NCBI GenBank assembly: GCA_002269645.1
Contig: NIVC01000633.1
Coordinates: forward strand, 330,394-394,393
Source: Macrostomum lignano
Lineage: Eukaryota
Reading direction: 5' to 3'
DNA length: 64,000 nt
The notes under the pieces were generated by a model. That model saw only the letters and a program-made list of their open reading frames with translations, was not told the DNA's origin and did not search any database. This document shows, one piece after another, positions 1 to 12,717 of the stretch (its first letter is position 1; every line of letters begins with the position of its first letter). The translations under genes and the position numbers were made by a program.

Positions 1-2223
1 GAGATGCAGGGACTGTGGGATCTTGGGATTGAGATGCAGGGACTGTGGGATCTTGGGATTGAGATGCAGGGACTATGGGGATCTTGGGATTGAGATGCAA
101 GGACTGTGGGATCTTGGGATTGAGATGCAGGGACTGTGGGATCTTGGGATTGAGATGCAGGGACTGTGGGATCTTGGGATTGAGATGCAGGGACCATGGG
201 GATCTTGGGATTGAGATGCAGGGACTGTGGGGATCTTGGGATTGAGATGCAGGGACTGTGGGGATCTTGGGATTGAGATGTAGGGACTGTGGGATCTTGG
301 GATTGAGATGTAAGGTCTGTGAGTGATATTGTGATTGAGACGCAGGGACTGTAGGATCTGGGAGATTGAGATGCAGGGACTGTGGGATCTTGGGATTGAG
401 ATGCAGGGACTGTGGGATCTTGGGATTGAGATGCAGGGACTGTGGGATCTTGGGATTTAGATGCAGGGACTATGGGGATCTTGGGATTGAGATGCAGGGA
501 CTGTGGGATCTTGGGGTTGAGATGCAGGGACTGTGGGATCTATGGATTGAGATGTAAGGTCTGTGAGTGATATTGTGATTGAGACGCAGGGACTGTAGGA
601 TCTGGGAGATTGAGATGCAGGGACTGTGGGATCTTGGGATTGAGATGCAGGGACTGTGGGATCTTGGGATTGAGATGCAGGGACTGTGGGATCTTGGGAT
701 TGAGATGCAGGGACTATGGGGATCTTGGGATTGAGACGCAGGGACTGTAGGATCTGGGAGATTGAGATGCAGGGACTGTGGGATCTTGGGATTGAGATGC
801 AGGGACTGTGGGATCTTGGGATTGAGATACAGGGACTGTGGGATCTTGGGGTTGAGATGCAGGGACTGTGGGATCTGTGGATTGAGATGTAAGGTCTGTG
901 AGTGATATTGTGATTGAGACGCAGGGACTGTAGGATCTGGGAGATTGAGATGCAGGGACTGTGGGATCTTGGGATTGAGATGCAGGGACTATGGGGATCT
1001 TGGGATTGAGATGCAGGGACTGTGGGGATCTTGGGATTGAGATGCAGGGACTGTGGGATCTTGGGATTGAGATGCAGGGACTGTGGGATCTTGGGATTGA
1101 GATGCAGGGACTGTGGGATCTTGGGATTGAGATGCAGGGACTATGGGGATCTTGGGATTGAGATGCAGGGACTGTGGGGATCTTGGGATTGAGATGCAGG
1201 GACTGTGGGATCTTGGGATTGAGATGCAGGGACTGTGGGATCTTGGGATTGAGATGCAAGGACTGTGGGATCTTGGGATTGAGATGCAGGGACTGTGAGT
1301 GATATTGTCATTGAGACGCAGGGACTGTAGGATCTGGGAGATTGAGATGCAGGGACTGTGGGATCTTGGGATTGAGATGCAGGGACTGTGGGATCTTAAG
1401 ATTGAGATGCAGGGACTGTGGGATCTTAAGATTGAGATGCAGGGACTGTGGGGATCTTGGGATTGAGATGCAGGGACTGTGGGATCTTGGGATTGAGATG
1501 TAGGGACTGTGGGATCTTGGGACTGAGATGTAGGGACTGTGGGGATCTTGGGATTGAGATGCAGGGACTGTGGGGATCTTGGGATTGAGATGAAGGGACT
1601 GTGGGATCTTAGGGTTGAGATGCAGGGACTGTGGGATCTTGGGATTGAGATGCAAGGACTGTGGGATCTTGGGATTGAGATGCAGGGACTGTGGGGATCT
1701 TGGGATTGAGATGCAAGGACTGTGGGATCTTGGGATTGAGATGCAGGGACTATGGGGATCTTGGGATTGAGATGCAGGGACTGTGGGATCTTGGGATTGA
1801 GATGCAAGGACTGTGGGATCTTGGGATTGAGATGCAGGGATTGTGAGTGATATTGTGATTGAGACGCAGGGACTGTAGGATCTGGGAGATTGAGATGCAG
1901 GGACTGTGGGATCTTGGGATTGAGATGCAGGGACTGTGGGATCTTGGGATTGAGATGCAGGGACTATGGGGATCTTGGGATTGAGATGCAGGGACTGTGG
2001 GGATCTTGGGATTGAGATGAAGGGACTGTTGGATCTTAGGGTTGAGATGCAGGGACTGTGGGATCTTGGGATTGAGATGCAGGGACTATGGGGATCTTGG
2101 GATTGAGATGCAGGGACTGTGGGGATCTTGGGATTGAGATGCAGGGACTGTGGGGATCTTGGGATTGAGATGAAGGGACTGTTGGATCTTAGGGTTGAGA
2201 TGCAGGGACTGTGGGATCTTGGG
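1..2223. repeat. 30-31 bp G-rich minisatellite (GGGATTGAGATGCAGGGACTGTGGGATCTT), truncated by the window start
   Basis: Directly visible tandem units, with a recurring variant cassette ATGTAAGGTCTGTGAGTGATATTGTGATTGAGACGCAGGGACTGTAGGATCTGGGAGA. Confidence 0.97.
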
Positions 2224-2789
2224 ACTGGAGCAGAAACTGACACCAGAAACTGGTAGCTGCATGAGGGAGCTGCGCCATTCATGGGTTCTGTTTAAGACCG
2301 GAGGGAATTATAATTAAACCTGGATAATAATAGCTGGGGTTTTATATCCCGTCCATTATGCTAGTCGACACACCGTCTTGCTTCTCCGCTGACACGGAGA
2401 CCCCCCGAGACAGGTATCAGCTAGCTTGAGCCGGATAAATCCTCGGCAAATATTTGACCTGCTGCTATCCGTAATTGCAGACTCGGGTAGCTTCGCCTTA
2501 AAACAAAAACCCGTTACGAACGTGGGCTCCTCAATGGCGTATGTATGTCTTGGTTGGCACTGAAGCATGGGGGATATGGCTGGCTTCCGGAGTCTATTTT
2601 CCTGCTACGATCAGGAGGATTGGCTTGAGCATTTGTGTGAGCAGTGCCGTCTTGTACATGTGGTTTGGCAGTTCTTGTAGCATACATGTACATGTGCATG
2701 TGCACGCTTGAACGTTGACTTCATATTCATACTCGTCATACTCGTAGCGCATCGGCGACCTCAATCCAGTGCTTGCTCTCTAATTGTGC

Positions 2790-3548
2790 TGTCTTTTTCT
2801 GCCTGCCTGCCTGTCTTTTTCTGCCTGCCTGCCTGTCTTTTTCTGCCTGCCTGCCTGTCTTTTTCTGCCTGCCTGCCTGTCTTTTTCTGCCTGCCTGCCT
2901 GTCTTTGCCTGCCTGCCTGCCTGTCTTTTTCTGCCTGCCTGCCTGTCTTTGCCTGCCCGCCTGCCTGTCTTTTTCTGCCTGCCTGCCTGTCTTTTTCTGC
3001 CTGCCTGTCTGTCTTTTTCTGCCTGCCTGCCTGTCTTTGCCTACCTGCCTGTCTGTCTTTTTCTGCCTGCCTGCCTGTCTTTTTCTGCCTGCCTGCCTGT
3101 CTTTTTCTGCCTGCCTGCCTGTCTTTTTCTGCCTGCCTGCCTGTCTTTTTCTGCCTGCCTGTCTGTCTTTTTCTGCCTGCCTGCCTGTCTTTGCCTGCCT
3201 GCCTGCCTGCCTGTCTTTTTCTGCCTGCCTGCCTGCCTGTCTGTCTTTTCTGCCTGCCTACCTGTCTTTTTCTGCCTGCCTGTCTGTCTTTTTCTGCCTG
3301 CCTGCCTGTCTTTTTCTGCCTGCCTGCCTGCCTGTCTGTCTTTTCTGCCTGCCTGCCTGTCTTTTTCTGCCTGCCTGCCTGTCTTTTTCTGCCTGCCTGT
3401 CTGTCTTTTCTGCCTGCCTGCCTGTCTTTTTTTGCCTGCCTGTCTTTTTCTGCCTGCCTGTCTTTTTCTGCCTGCCTGCCTGTCTTTTTCTGCCTGCCTG
3501 CCTGTCTTTTTCTGCCTGCCTGCCTGTCTTTTTCTGCCTGCCTGTCTG
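2790..3548. repeat. Compound microsatellite of (CTGC)n blocks and CTGTCTTTTT
   Basis: Visible tandem CTGC runs punctuated by T5 tracts. Confidence 0.96.
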
Positions 3549-3551
3549 CAG

Positions 3552-4888
3552 GTCCTGTCCTGTTCTGTCCTGTTCTGTACTGTTCTGTCCTGTCCTGTCC
3601 TGTCCTGCCCTTACCCTGTTCTGTCCTGTCCTGTTCTGTCCTGTCCTGTTCTGTCCTGTTCTGTACTGTTCTGTCCTGCCCTGTTCTGTCCTGCCCTTAC
3701 CCTGTTCTGTCCTGTCCTGTTCTGTCCTGTCCTGTTCTGTCCTGTTCTGTACTGTTCTGTCCTGCCCTGTTCTGTCCTGCCCTGTCCTGTTCTGTCCTGT
3801 TCTGTCCTGTTCTGTCCTGCCCTGTCCTGTTCTGTCCTGTCCTGCCCTGTTCTGTCCTGCCCTGTCCTGTCCTGTCCTGTCCTGTCCTGCCCTGCCCTGT
3901 TCTGTCCTGTTCTGTCCTCCTGTCCTGTCCTGTCCTGTTCTGTCCTGTCCTGTCCTGTTCTGTCCTGCCCTGCCCTGTCCTGTCCTGTCCTGCCCTGCCC
4001 TGCCCTGTCCTGTCCTGTCCTGTTCTGTCCTGTCCTGTTCTGTCCTGTCCTGTCCTGTCCTGTCCTGCCCTTACCCTGTTCTGTCCTGTCCTGTTCTGTC
4101 CTGTCCTGTTCTGTCCTGTTCTGTACTGTTCTTTTCTGTCCTGTCCTGTCCTGCCCTGTTCTGTCCTGTTCTGTCCTGTCCTGTCCTTACCCTGTTCTGT
4201 CCTGTCCTGCCCTGTTCTGTCCTGCCCTGTCCTGTTCTGTCCTGTTCTGTCCTGTCCTGCCCTGTTCTGTCCTGCCCTGTCCTGTTCTGTCCTGTTCTGT
4301 CCTGTTCTGTCCTGTCCTGTCCTGTTCTGTCCTGTCCTGCCCTGTCCTGTCCTGTCCTGTCCTGTCCTGTTCTGTCCTGTCCTGTCCTGTCCTGCCCTGC
4401 CCTGTTCTGTCCTGTCCTGTTCTGTCCTGTCCTGTAATGTCCTGTCCTGCCCTACCCTGTTCTGTCCTGTCTTGTCCTGTCCTGTCCTGTCCTGTTCTGT
4501 CCTGTCTTGTCCTGTCCTGTCCTGTCCTGTTCTGTCCTGTCTTGTCCTGTCCTGTTCTGTCCTGTTCTGTCCTGTCTTGTCCTGTCCTGTCCTGCCCTGT
4601 CCTGCCCTGCCCTACCCTGTTCTTTTCTGTCCTGTCCTGTCCTGCCCTGTTCTGTCCTGTTCTGTCCTGTCCTGTTCTGTCCTGTCTTGTCCTGTCCTGT
4701 CCTGTCCTGTCCTGTTCTGTCCTGTCCTGCCCTGTCCTGCCCTGCCCTACCCTGTTCTGTTCTGTCCTGTCCTGTCCTGCCCTGTTCTGTCCTGCCCTGC
4801 CCTGTCCTGTCCTGTTCTGTCCTGTCCTGTTCTGTCCTGTCCTGTCCTGTCCTGTTCTGTCCTGTTCTGTCCTGTCCTGTTCTGTTCT
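3552..4888. repeat. Pentanucleotide microsatellite (CTGTC/CTGTT/CTGCC)n
   Basis: Visible pentamer array directly abutting the previous repeat. Confidence 0.96.
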
Positions 4889-5592
4889 GCACTGGCCTTG
4901 CCAGCTGCGCTAGGACGAGTCTCCTGTCTGTCTCTTTAAACTGAATCCCTCACCTATCAATGTGAAACAATACCTGTGCGGGAGACCTGGGCTGACAGCA
5001 CCTGAGCTGCATCGACCTTGAAAATCTATTTTACTGCATTCTCTTTTTCTCAATAGCGGCCGAGCTTGAACCCTAACGGCCCCAGCTGCTTTGGTTTCAA
5101 GCGATTCATTTTTCGATATGCCTCGAGATGCGGCCGTCTGGAGCAGCTGCTCAGGTTGCATGAGGTGCTGAGAACGCGGGGTTATCGTAAAAGCGTATGT
5201 ACGCATGTATATCATGGCTCATAGCATTGTGTCAAGTTCCACAGGTTTCCCTGATGCTGATTGTCTAGTATTTCACTGAGACACTCCAGCCTCCTTGAGG
5301 GGCCACGCAGTCTAAGAACCAGTTCTGCGCATAGAGCTGGGGCTGCCTGCTCACGGCTTGGCAATTCTATCTGTCAGTCTGAGCCTTTGAACTGGCAAAA
5401 TTATCCACCTGTTCAATATGAGCTCAAAGCCGGGCCCCAAGCTGCCTTTGAATTTGAGCCGATGCAGCTTCTGTTGCTATGGAAACGCCTTCCCCGTCCG
5501 CAGCCGAGCTCACTGGTTGGACAGGCAGCTCCACATTTTAACAATCCCGCATCCGATTTCTAAATAAGCCTTCGATTTGATGCCAATTTCCC

Positions 5593-5771
5593 AAAAGGTG
5601 AAATTCAGGAGGGACCCGACGCTGGTACCTTTGACAAAAGGTGAAATTCAGGAGAGACCCGACGCTGGTACCTTTGACAACAGGTGAAATTCAGGAGGGA
5701 CCCGACGCTGGTACCTTTGACAACAGGTGAAATTCAGGAGAGACCCGACGCCGATACCCTTGACAACAGGT
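5593..5771. repeat. 43-bp tandem repeat, about 4 copies, immediately 5' of the GPCR start
   Basis: AGGTGAAATTCAGGAG(G/A)GACCCGACGCTGGTACCTTTGACAA recurs at 5596, 5639, 5682 and 5725. Confidence 0.93.
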
Positions 5772-5783
5772 AAAAAGCAGGAT

Positions 5784-6791
5784 ATGTCGGCCGACAATGA
5801 CTCAGCCACGCCGTGCGCCATGGAAATAGCCTATGGCCGACTCATCAACTTGGACGCATCATTTTACGCGCCGTACACCATCCTAGGTGTGCTGGGAACC
5901 GTGCTCAACTTTCTGCTCCTGCTGGTATCTCGCAAGCCGCAATCGCTGTCAAAGAGGGCCACCTTCCGGCGCCTGCTGATCATGCTGGCCGTCACTGACC
6001 AGCTCCTGTGCCTCTGCCTGCTCTGCGAGATCGCCATCTACGCCGCTTTCAGCGTCCGACTGAACGGCCAGGTGGCCGACAATCCGCAGTTCGACTTCGA
6101 GCGCTTCAACTCGCCCTACGTGTTCTTCATCGGGCCGCGCGACGTCCTGCTCAGCTGGGAGTCCATCGTGATGTTCCTGCTGGCAGTGGACCGCGCTGTG
6201 GCCGTGCTGTACCCGACCTCAGCCAGGTGGAACGGACGCAGCATCAGCCGGCTGGCGGCCGGCCAGCTCGTGTGGGTGGCCCTCCTCGGCATGGGCCTCT
6301 CCCTCGGCCAGGCGTTCGCACCGGCCTGCTCCAGCCGGCAGGCGATGCTCAAGGCGCTGAAATTCATCCTGAGCGGTGCCAACGCCGCACTGGTGGTGGC
6401 CTCGGCCGCCTGCTACTCGCTGATCTTCGTCAAGCTCCGCCTGCACCAGCGGCGCGTCGGCCAGCAGCAGGGGGAAGGCGGCGCCGCCGGCGGCAGCAGT
6501 CGGGAGCAGCGGATCGGCGGCCACATGCTGAAGATCTCCGTCATGCTGATGGTTCTCACCCTGACTCAGGTCGTGATGTGCCTGCCGTTCATCCTGCACT
6601 ACTACCTGGCGGATTACAGCATGAGCTTCGGCCTCTACCACACGTTCCTGCTTGGCTGCTGCCTGAACCCGGTGACGCTGCTCGTCTTCAAGCCGGACAT
6701 TCAGCGCAGCATTGCGCAGCTGTTCAGCCGCTGCTGGCCGCGGGCCGCCGAGCAGACGCTGGTGGAGAATTTCAGCGTTACAAACGACTGA
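5784..6791 (+). CDS. Intronless rhodopsin-like (class A) 7TM orphan GPCR, about 335 aa
   Basis: About seven hydrophobic segments. TM1 GxxxN (LGTVLN), TM2 LAxxD (LAVTD), TM3 DRY-like LAVDRAVAVLYP, TM7 CLNPVT. GC3-rich codons; first ATG at 5784. Confidence 0.85.
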   Translation: MSADNDSATPCAMEIAYGRLINLDASFYAPYTILGVLGTVLNFLLLLVSRKPQSLSKRATFRRLLIMLAVTDQLLCLCLLCEIAIYAAFSVRLNGQVADNPQFDFERFNSPYVFFIGPRDVLLSWESIVMFLLAVDRAVAVLYPTSARWNGRSISRLAAGQLVWVALLGMGLSLGQAFAPACSSRQAMLKALKFILSGANAALVVASAACYSLIFVKLRLHQRRVGQQQGEGGAAGGSSREQRIGGHMLKISVMLMVLTLTQVVMCLPFILHYYLADYSMSFGLYHTFLLGCCLNPVTLLVFKPDIQRSIAQLFSRCWPRAAEQTLVENFSVTND

Positions 6792-8554
6792 TACTTTTGT
6801 ATTTTCGTTTCAAAATGTGTTCGCGATCGGGTTTTGGTACGAGTATCCACTGCTTACCACACAGATACTCTTTTAGCACAGAGCGGCATTCCTATTCCTA
6901 ACTGGATGTGCAGCCGATGCATAGAGAACAGGCAGAAGGCAGACATCAGCTCTATCTATAGTCTATGGCTTGACTGTACTAAATTTGATGTACAACTGTA
7001 CAGTCTTTTCAGTTCACGCTAGTTCCTACTTTTTTGTACCCACCCACTCTGTCGATGAAAATATGTTGACAATGCGTAATATTTCCTGCTTTAAAATGGC
7101 ACTATTTATTGCAAAAATATCAGACAACGGAAACTATAAGCACTGAAAGACGTTAGCTATGAAAATTTAATTAATTCTGAAATTTCTGCATTGCCTCTAC
7201 TCTCGGAAAGCAAGCGGCAGAGTTGCTCTAAAATAATGCCCTGAAGAGCGCCATCATTTGCAATACTTCGTGCCCCAGCTGGCTTAATCGTGACAATGAG
7301 AATGAGAAAAAACGAATTTAGAGTAAACACTGCACCAATATGGGAGCGATTCGCAAAACCGGGAAATGCAAATTAAAATACAGATGCGTGATGCTAATTG
7401 GCAAGCAGGCAGCAAGTTGTCAGCAAATATAATAATGGCTTTTAAAAATGGCTGTCGTTTCAGGTATGCACAATTCTCTCAGCCAATACAAAGTTGCTTT
7501 AGTGGCGGACACCAGCGTATGCGAAAGCAGATGCACATATAATTATTGCAACAGAATGCAACACTTATGTACACAATATGTAAATTTTAGTTAGGGCTAC
7601 TACTAAATTCTAAATTAGCATTCCGTAGTTCCTGCACATAGTTCGTTGAGTGATGGCAGATCGATATCTACGTACATGTATAGCAGAGGATCGTAGCCTG
7701 CAGTGGGAGGGGGGCAATTGGGGCCCGCGGCCACCCCCCAATAGACAGAAGGTTTTCTCAAGGAAGATTCCCGCGCCCCCTTGGTGCCGGCGCCGGGTGC
7801 TGGCGCCCCTTGGTGCAGGTGTACATGTACAAGGGCCATGACTAATCGTATTCAAGCTGCATTACTCAGCAACGTTGAAAACAACACCCTAGAGCATTGG
7901 GCAGAGCTATTGGCTTCATCTCACGACACTGCAAATGACGCAAGGTGTATCAACTCTCGCTCAGGCGCACAGCTGGGTGGCAGTTTTCAATGTACGTGTA
8001 CATGTAATGAGGACGCACTTTTTTCCAATCCCGCGCTAGCACATGGGCTCTAAACTTACTAGCCTACTAACAGTGGGCAATGAGCATTTTTATCCTTTTT
8101 CTGCGAATTGTCATAGAATCTATACTAGATATAATGTTTGGTCATACTAGTAGTCATAATAACATAGGCGCAGCTTTTTGGGTCATAAATCATCGCTTTC
8201 GAAGCTGGTCTGACAGCCACCTGCGCCTCACTCAGTGTTGAGGCGGGCGCCAGATGGTCTGAGGGGATGCGAATGATAGCTTTTTTCTCATCATTTTGAC
8301 AGGCCATCAAGATTTATGAGGTCAGGGCCTCAGGGCCTATTGTTCGTGTTCACTCAAGCGTGTGACAGCTTTGACAGCTATGCGTTTTACCTCTAAAAGT
8401 ACTTGGGATTAGCGATTAGTGATTTCTCTTCATTCTCTTCACTTTCTATTTAATAAGAGCTTTCTAATGTATATTTTTTCATTAATTTTTGTCAATTCTA
8501 CGCGAAAAGTCATAAATCATTTTGTTGCGATTTTGATTCATTTATGGCCGCACC

Positions 8555-8892
8555 TGTCATGTTTTTACGACCCCGAGGGAACTGATAGGATCTCCCGGTC
8601 ACATGATTCTGGGTAGCAACAAGCTTAGCCAATCAGAAAATTCGACGTGTTCCATTATAACAAACTGCGGTCCAGTTGGCGGCTATTTAAACCGGTGTTT
8701 TTGGCCCGCTCGGACCTCACTCCTCCTGGGACCTTAGCCTAGATTGAGACATCCCGGAGCGCGACCGCGTTTCTTGATCCCCGGATTGCAACTTCCCCCA
8801 TCATCATCAAGGACGAGTCGCCCCGGTCATCAGCAGCGAACATCAAAGTTAAGAGCATCACCTGCTAGCTATCTGCGAAGACCGTGACATCA
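8555..8892 (+). mobile_element. Candidate solo LTR (338 bp)
   Basis: TGTCA...GTGACATCA termini, GCACC on both sides (8550-8554 and 8893-8897), internal CCAAT box (AGCCAATCAG) and TATA-like CTATTTAAA. Confidence 0.45.
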
Positions 8893-11800
8893 GCACCATC
8901 GCGGGTCTACAGCTGCGAAGTACTAAGCCGATTCGGTCACTGTGGATTACCTGGTCTCCGGCTGTTGAGTTTCTGATTGGTTGGGTGAGAGGCTGCCTAG
9001 ACTTGCTTGATTGGGTGATTCCTTATCTGTCCCCTGTTTCAGTAGCTGGATTAGGCGCACACTTTCGCTCATTTTGTTCGGTAGTGCTGTAATCGAGGCA
9101 GAAGTCATTCAATAATACTGCTAGTAGTCAGCTAAAACTCCAATTCAATCTGAAGTGTGAAGGGATCTAAGGAGAAAGTTATTTTTATCGGTTTCATTTC
9201 TTTGTTCGCCGATGGCTCAGATGAATAGCTAAGCTAGTAGGCGCCGGTCACAGTGGACCAATGGCAAGGCAGTTCTCAATCGATCAATATATCAAATCAG
9301 TTAGCGAATTGCCAATAGTGCAGAATCGGCTCCAGAGATGTACTTTGTGCACTCTAGGTTAGCCAAGCGGCTCGGGGGATGAATCATGCGGTCTCTGATG
9401 TTCGAGTTAGCCTATCATCAGCGCTAGGATCGAGGCTGGTTGGCGCGTTGAAGGCCAAAAGTACAATTATTCGTATTTAGCATTAGCAATGTAATAGTAC
9501 ATATGTAGCTACCCCATAGACTCGCCACTGCAAGAATCCCCTGCACAAGTCCCCTCTGTACCTGCATGGCCAATGCGATCTAGTCCCAGCAGTGTCCCTT
9601 ATCATCGGCTATGACCTCGAGATTGACAGCTAGCAAAAAGACACTAGTTAGCAGGTAAGTGCAAAGCCCCTTCTAGTCGGAAGCCCGATTTGGAGAGTCC
9701 CGGTGTGGTGAGCCAGGACGCACGGGCTGGTGGCAGAAGTTAGCTTAGTCTGCGGATTAGCTAATTTCTACCTTCAAAATTCTCCCTGCTTGTCTCTCGC
9801 TGTCCCTCTCTTAGCTATAGGACCTAGACTGCTCGCCACACGATCAAGCTACCATATGGGGCTGCATCTGACAGGAGTGGGGGGCCAGGACTCTAATTGA
9901 TTTATTTCTGAGACCTGAGGCCCGAAGGCTTCCCCACAAGGGGGCCGAAAGGTCGAAACCCATCACATGTAAAATTGCAGACTGCCAAGCGCACGACAAA
10001 TTCCAAGGCCATAATTTTTGTCATTCGGGTTAAGCGCCGGCCTGTTAACCATGGAGTGCAGTCTCTCTATAGTTTACGGTTTCGTGTATGTTTTCACGAT
10101 GGAGACGATGGAATTGAAGCACGCTGATTTAATGTCAAATTGACAAAAAGCGTGCAAAATTATTGTGTGCTGGATAAAAATTTCATTTTATTTGTCACTG
10201 TTTGCTATATCAGCATAAAACCAGCTTTCACACATTTATTACAGCTTTCTAGCATATTTACTACAAAATGTTGTTTTAGTGTGCTTTGCTTCTTGTAAAA
10301 TTGTGCAACTTTTGTTACGCCATGCAGATAATGACGACAACTTTTTGATAAAAATGTATACTATAATATAAAAGCAATTCAGTAGAGAATATCACGCAGA
10401 GGCTTAGGCAGTAGTAGTATTAGTATTACTTTGAACCACTGCACTGAAAAATTGCACAATATATCATCGGCAATATGCTTAATTATTTCAGCTTAGTGCT
10501 CTATCAGCAGAGTGCAGTTGCAGTGTAGGCCTAAACTCAGCTTAAATTTGTTAACTGCAGACTAAAGAGTAAAGACTAGAGTATCACCCATCAATCAAAC
10601 CCATATCAGTTCATCACATCATACTGAGCTTATCTCCTAAATTCAGTAGAGCCATAGAGGTAAATGTGATTTTAATCGAAATAATATTAGTAGTCTGACA
10701 GACTGACTCAAATTGATTAGGAGTACTTTTGAAAGTGAGGGCTTGTAGTTGTGGGCCTATTGTAATTCTTGACGTTTTATATTTTAACCTTTTTTCAATT
10801 CCCTAGCCCTAGACGCTAGGCCTAGAATTAGAATATACTTTTGAGATTTTTAAGATGAAGTTTCTGTTTTCAAAGTAGCAAGCCTAGGCCTAAATAACTA
10901 ATAAGAAAGTACTAGTGCAAAACGTAGTATTTTTTATATACTAATTAATGAGCCTATATGAATGCCATAGCCATTTTAGTAAAGTAGGCCTAAAAAGGCT
11001 TGACCTATATCTTAGGCCTTAGGGTCTTAAATCTAGGGCCTAACATTTAAAATAGATTTGATTTCTATCTATACAATTTTATCTAAATAAATAATAATGT
11101 AGTTTTTGGAAATCTTTTACTTTTGCAAGTTTAATTAGGGTATTGACCAATGCAATTTATTTATAAATGAATTTGATAGGCTAATTGGGGTTCACTGTAG
11201 GCCTAGTCTAGACAAATTTGGCAAAAGCAAATTTAGCAACAATCTAGCTCTCTAGTGAGTCTAGGCCTTTGTCAAATTTGGTAAAAATGAAGAAAGAACA
11301 ATTATATATAATCTTTATTATAATAATTTTTCTAGTACAATGCTGCAATTATATTAGGCCTAATCAATTCAAATTTATTTTTCTTTTTAGTTGAGTTTGT
11401 TTTATCAATTAGAGGCCTATTTATCCAATGCTTTTTAAGAAATGTTTATTCATTTTTAATTGAAAATATGTGATGTCCAATTTATTCAGTTGAAAAAAAG
11501 AATATTTTTTCTATCAAAGGTTATTAACTTTAATATAAAACCATTGCACTTCTTTCACTTTAAGAATTTAAATAAAAATCAAAGCAAAATTTAATAAGAA
11601 TAGATCTAACTTTTATGAGAATTTTAGAAAACCTTATATATAATTTTTTTAATTTTAGCTATTTGGAAAAATACTTATTCATTACCAAATTTGTCATTGA
11701 AATTGCCTAGATTATCATTGATTTGTCCTTGTTAAATTTCTATTTTAAGATTAGCCTATTATTTATATTCTTGAAAATATTGTTTCTGTTTAATTTAATA

Positions 11801-12717
11801 ATGAAAATGAATACTATAACAAATTTAATGGAAAAGATTGGTGATAGATTATTAATTAATAAATAGCCAATAGCCATATAGATAAAGAGCAAAATAAAAA
11901 ATGGTTATATGTAGAAGTGGGTAGCTAGCTATAGTTTTTATAGTGCATTATGCTTATTTGAAAGATTTTAGTTAGATTGCCTAATATTTTAAAAAATTTA
12001 AAGGCTAGATTAGTAATATAATATGAATATAGGTTTTGGTTGGCTAGCTGCTCTAATTTAATGTAAATGATATTAGTGTTTTAAAATTGTTTTTTTTGTG
12101 TTTTGTAAGTTTTATAAAAGTGTAAACACTATCTAACCCAATTGATCTAGCTAGCTAACAAGGCAACTAAGGCAATAAGCAAGTATTCATATTGCAAGAC
12201 CAATCAACTAAGTGCCAAACTAGACATTGCAATGAGATATTTATGTATAAAATTGAAAAATGAACAAACCTAAAGAAACACTAACATTAAATCAAAGAGA
12301 AATTTTCTATAAAGCAAAAAGGTCTATATTTCATAAATATAAAATGGCTTTCTAATTTTACATATAGCTATATATTGTGTTTTTTTACTAACTAGGTACT
12401 AAAAAAGCTAATTAAAGATATAAATTTTTATTCAACTTTTGCTTTTCTAAATAATATAGGCCTAAACAACACTATTCTAAATTAAATTTCAATGAGTCTT
12501 GAATTTGGCTCAGAAGTCGTGTCAGGACAGTTTTATCATAGCTATTTAGTAGAGCTCTGCTCTGATACAATGATTAATGCACCAAATATATTTAGCAAAA
12601 AATCAAGGTTTAAAACAGAAAAATAACAGAAAAACAGAAAACAGAATAATAATGTGCTATAATTCTCATTGTAGCCACTTTCTGCAATAAATGCATGCTT
12701 ATCAACTGAGCTTGGAG

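Noticed and set aside
23-2282. Long ORFs on both strands across the first minisatellite
   Set aside because: They are translations of a 30-bp repeat that lacks stops in some frames; no start or stop context or domain.
2708-4944. Cys/Leu/Pro-rich ORFs of up to 743 aa (keratin-associated or metallothionein-like look)
   Set aside because: Open in all three + frames because the strand lacks A; a pure microsatellite artefact.
5593-5771. Direct repeats of CRISPR-like length (also 21912-22090)
   Set aside because: Units are contiguous with no unique spacers, no cas genes are present, and the context is eukaryotic.
7680-8050. GC-rich patch resembling a hAT MITE interior
   Set aside because: No matching terminal inverted repeat or TSD found.
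9300-9385. Possible retroviral aspartic-protease remnant (…MYFVHSRLAKRLG) next to the candidate LTR
   Set aside because: The DSG motif needs an assumed frameshift, and no gag, RT or PBS context was found; too short to support.
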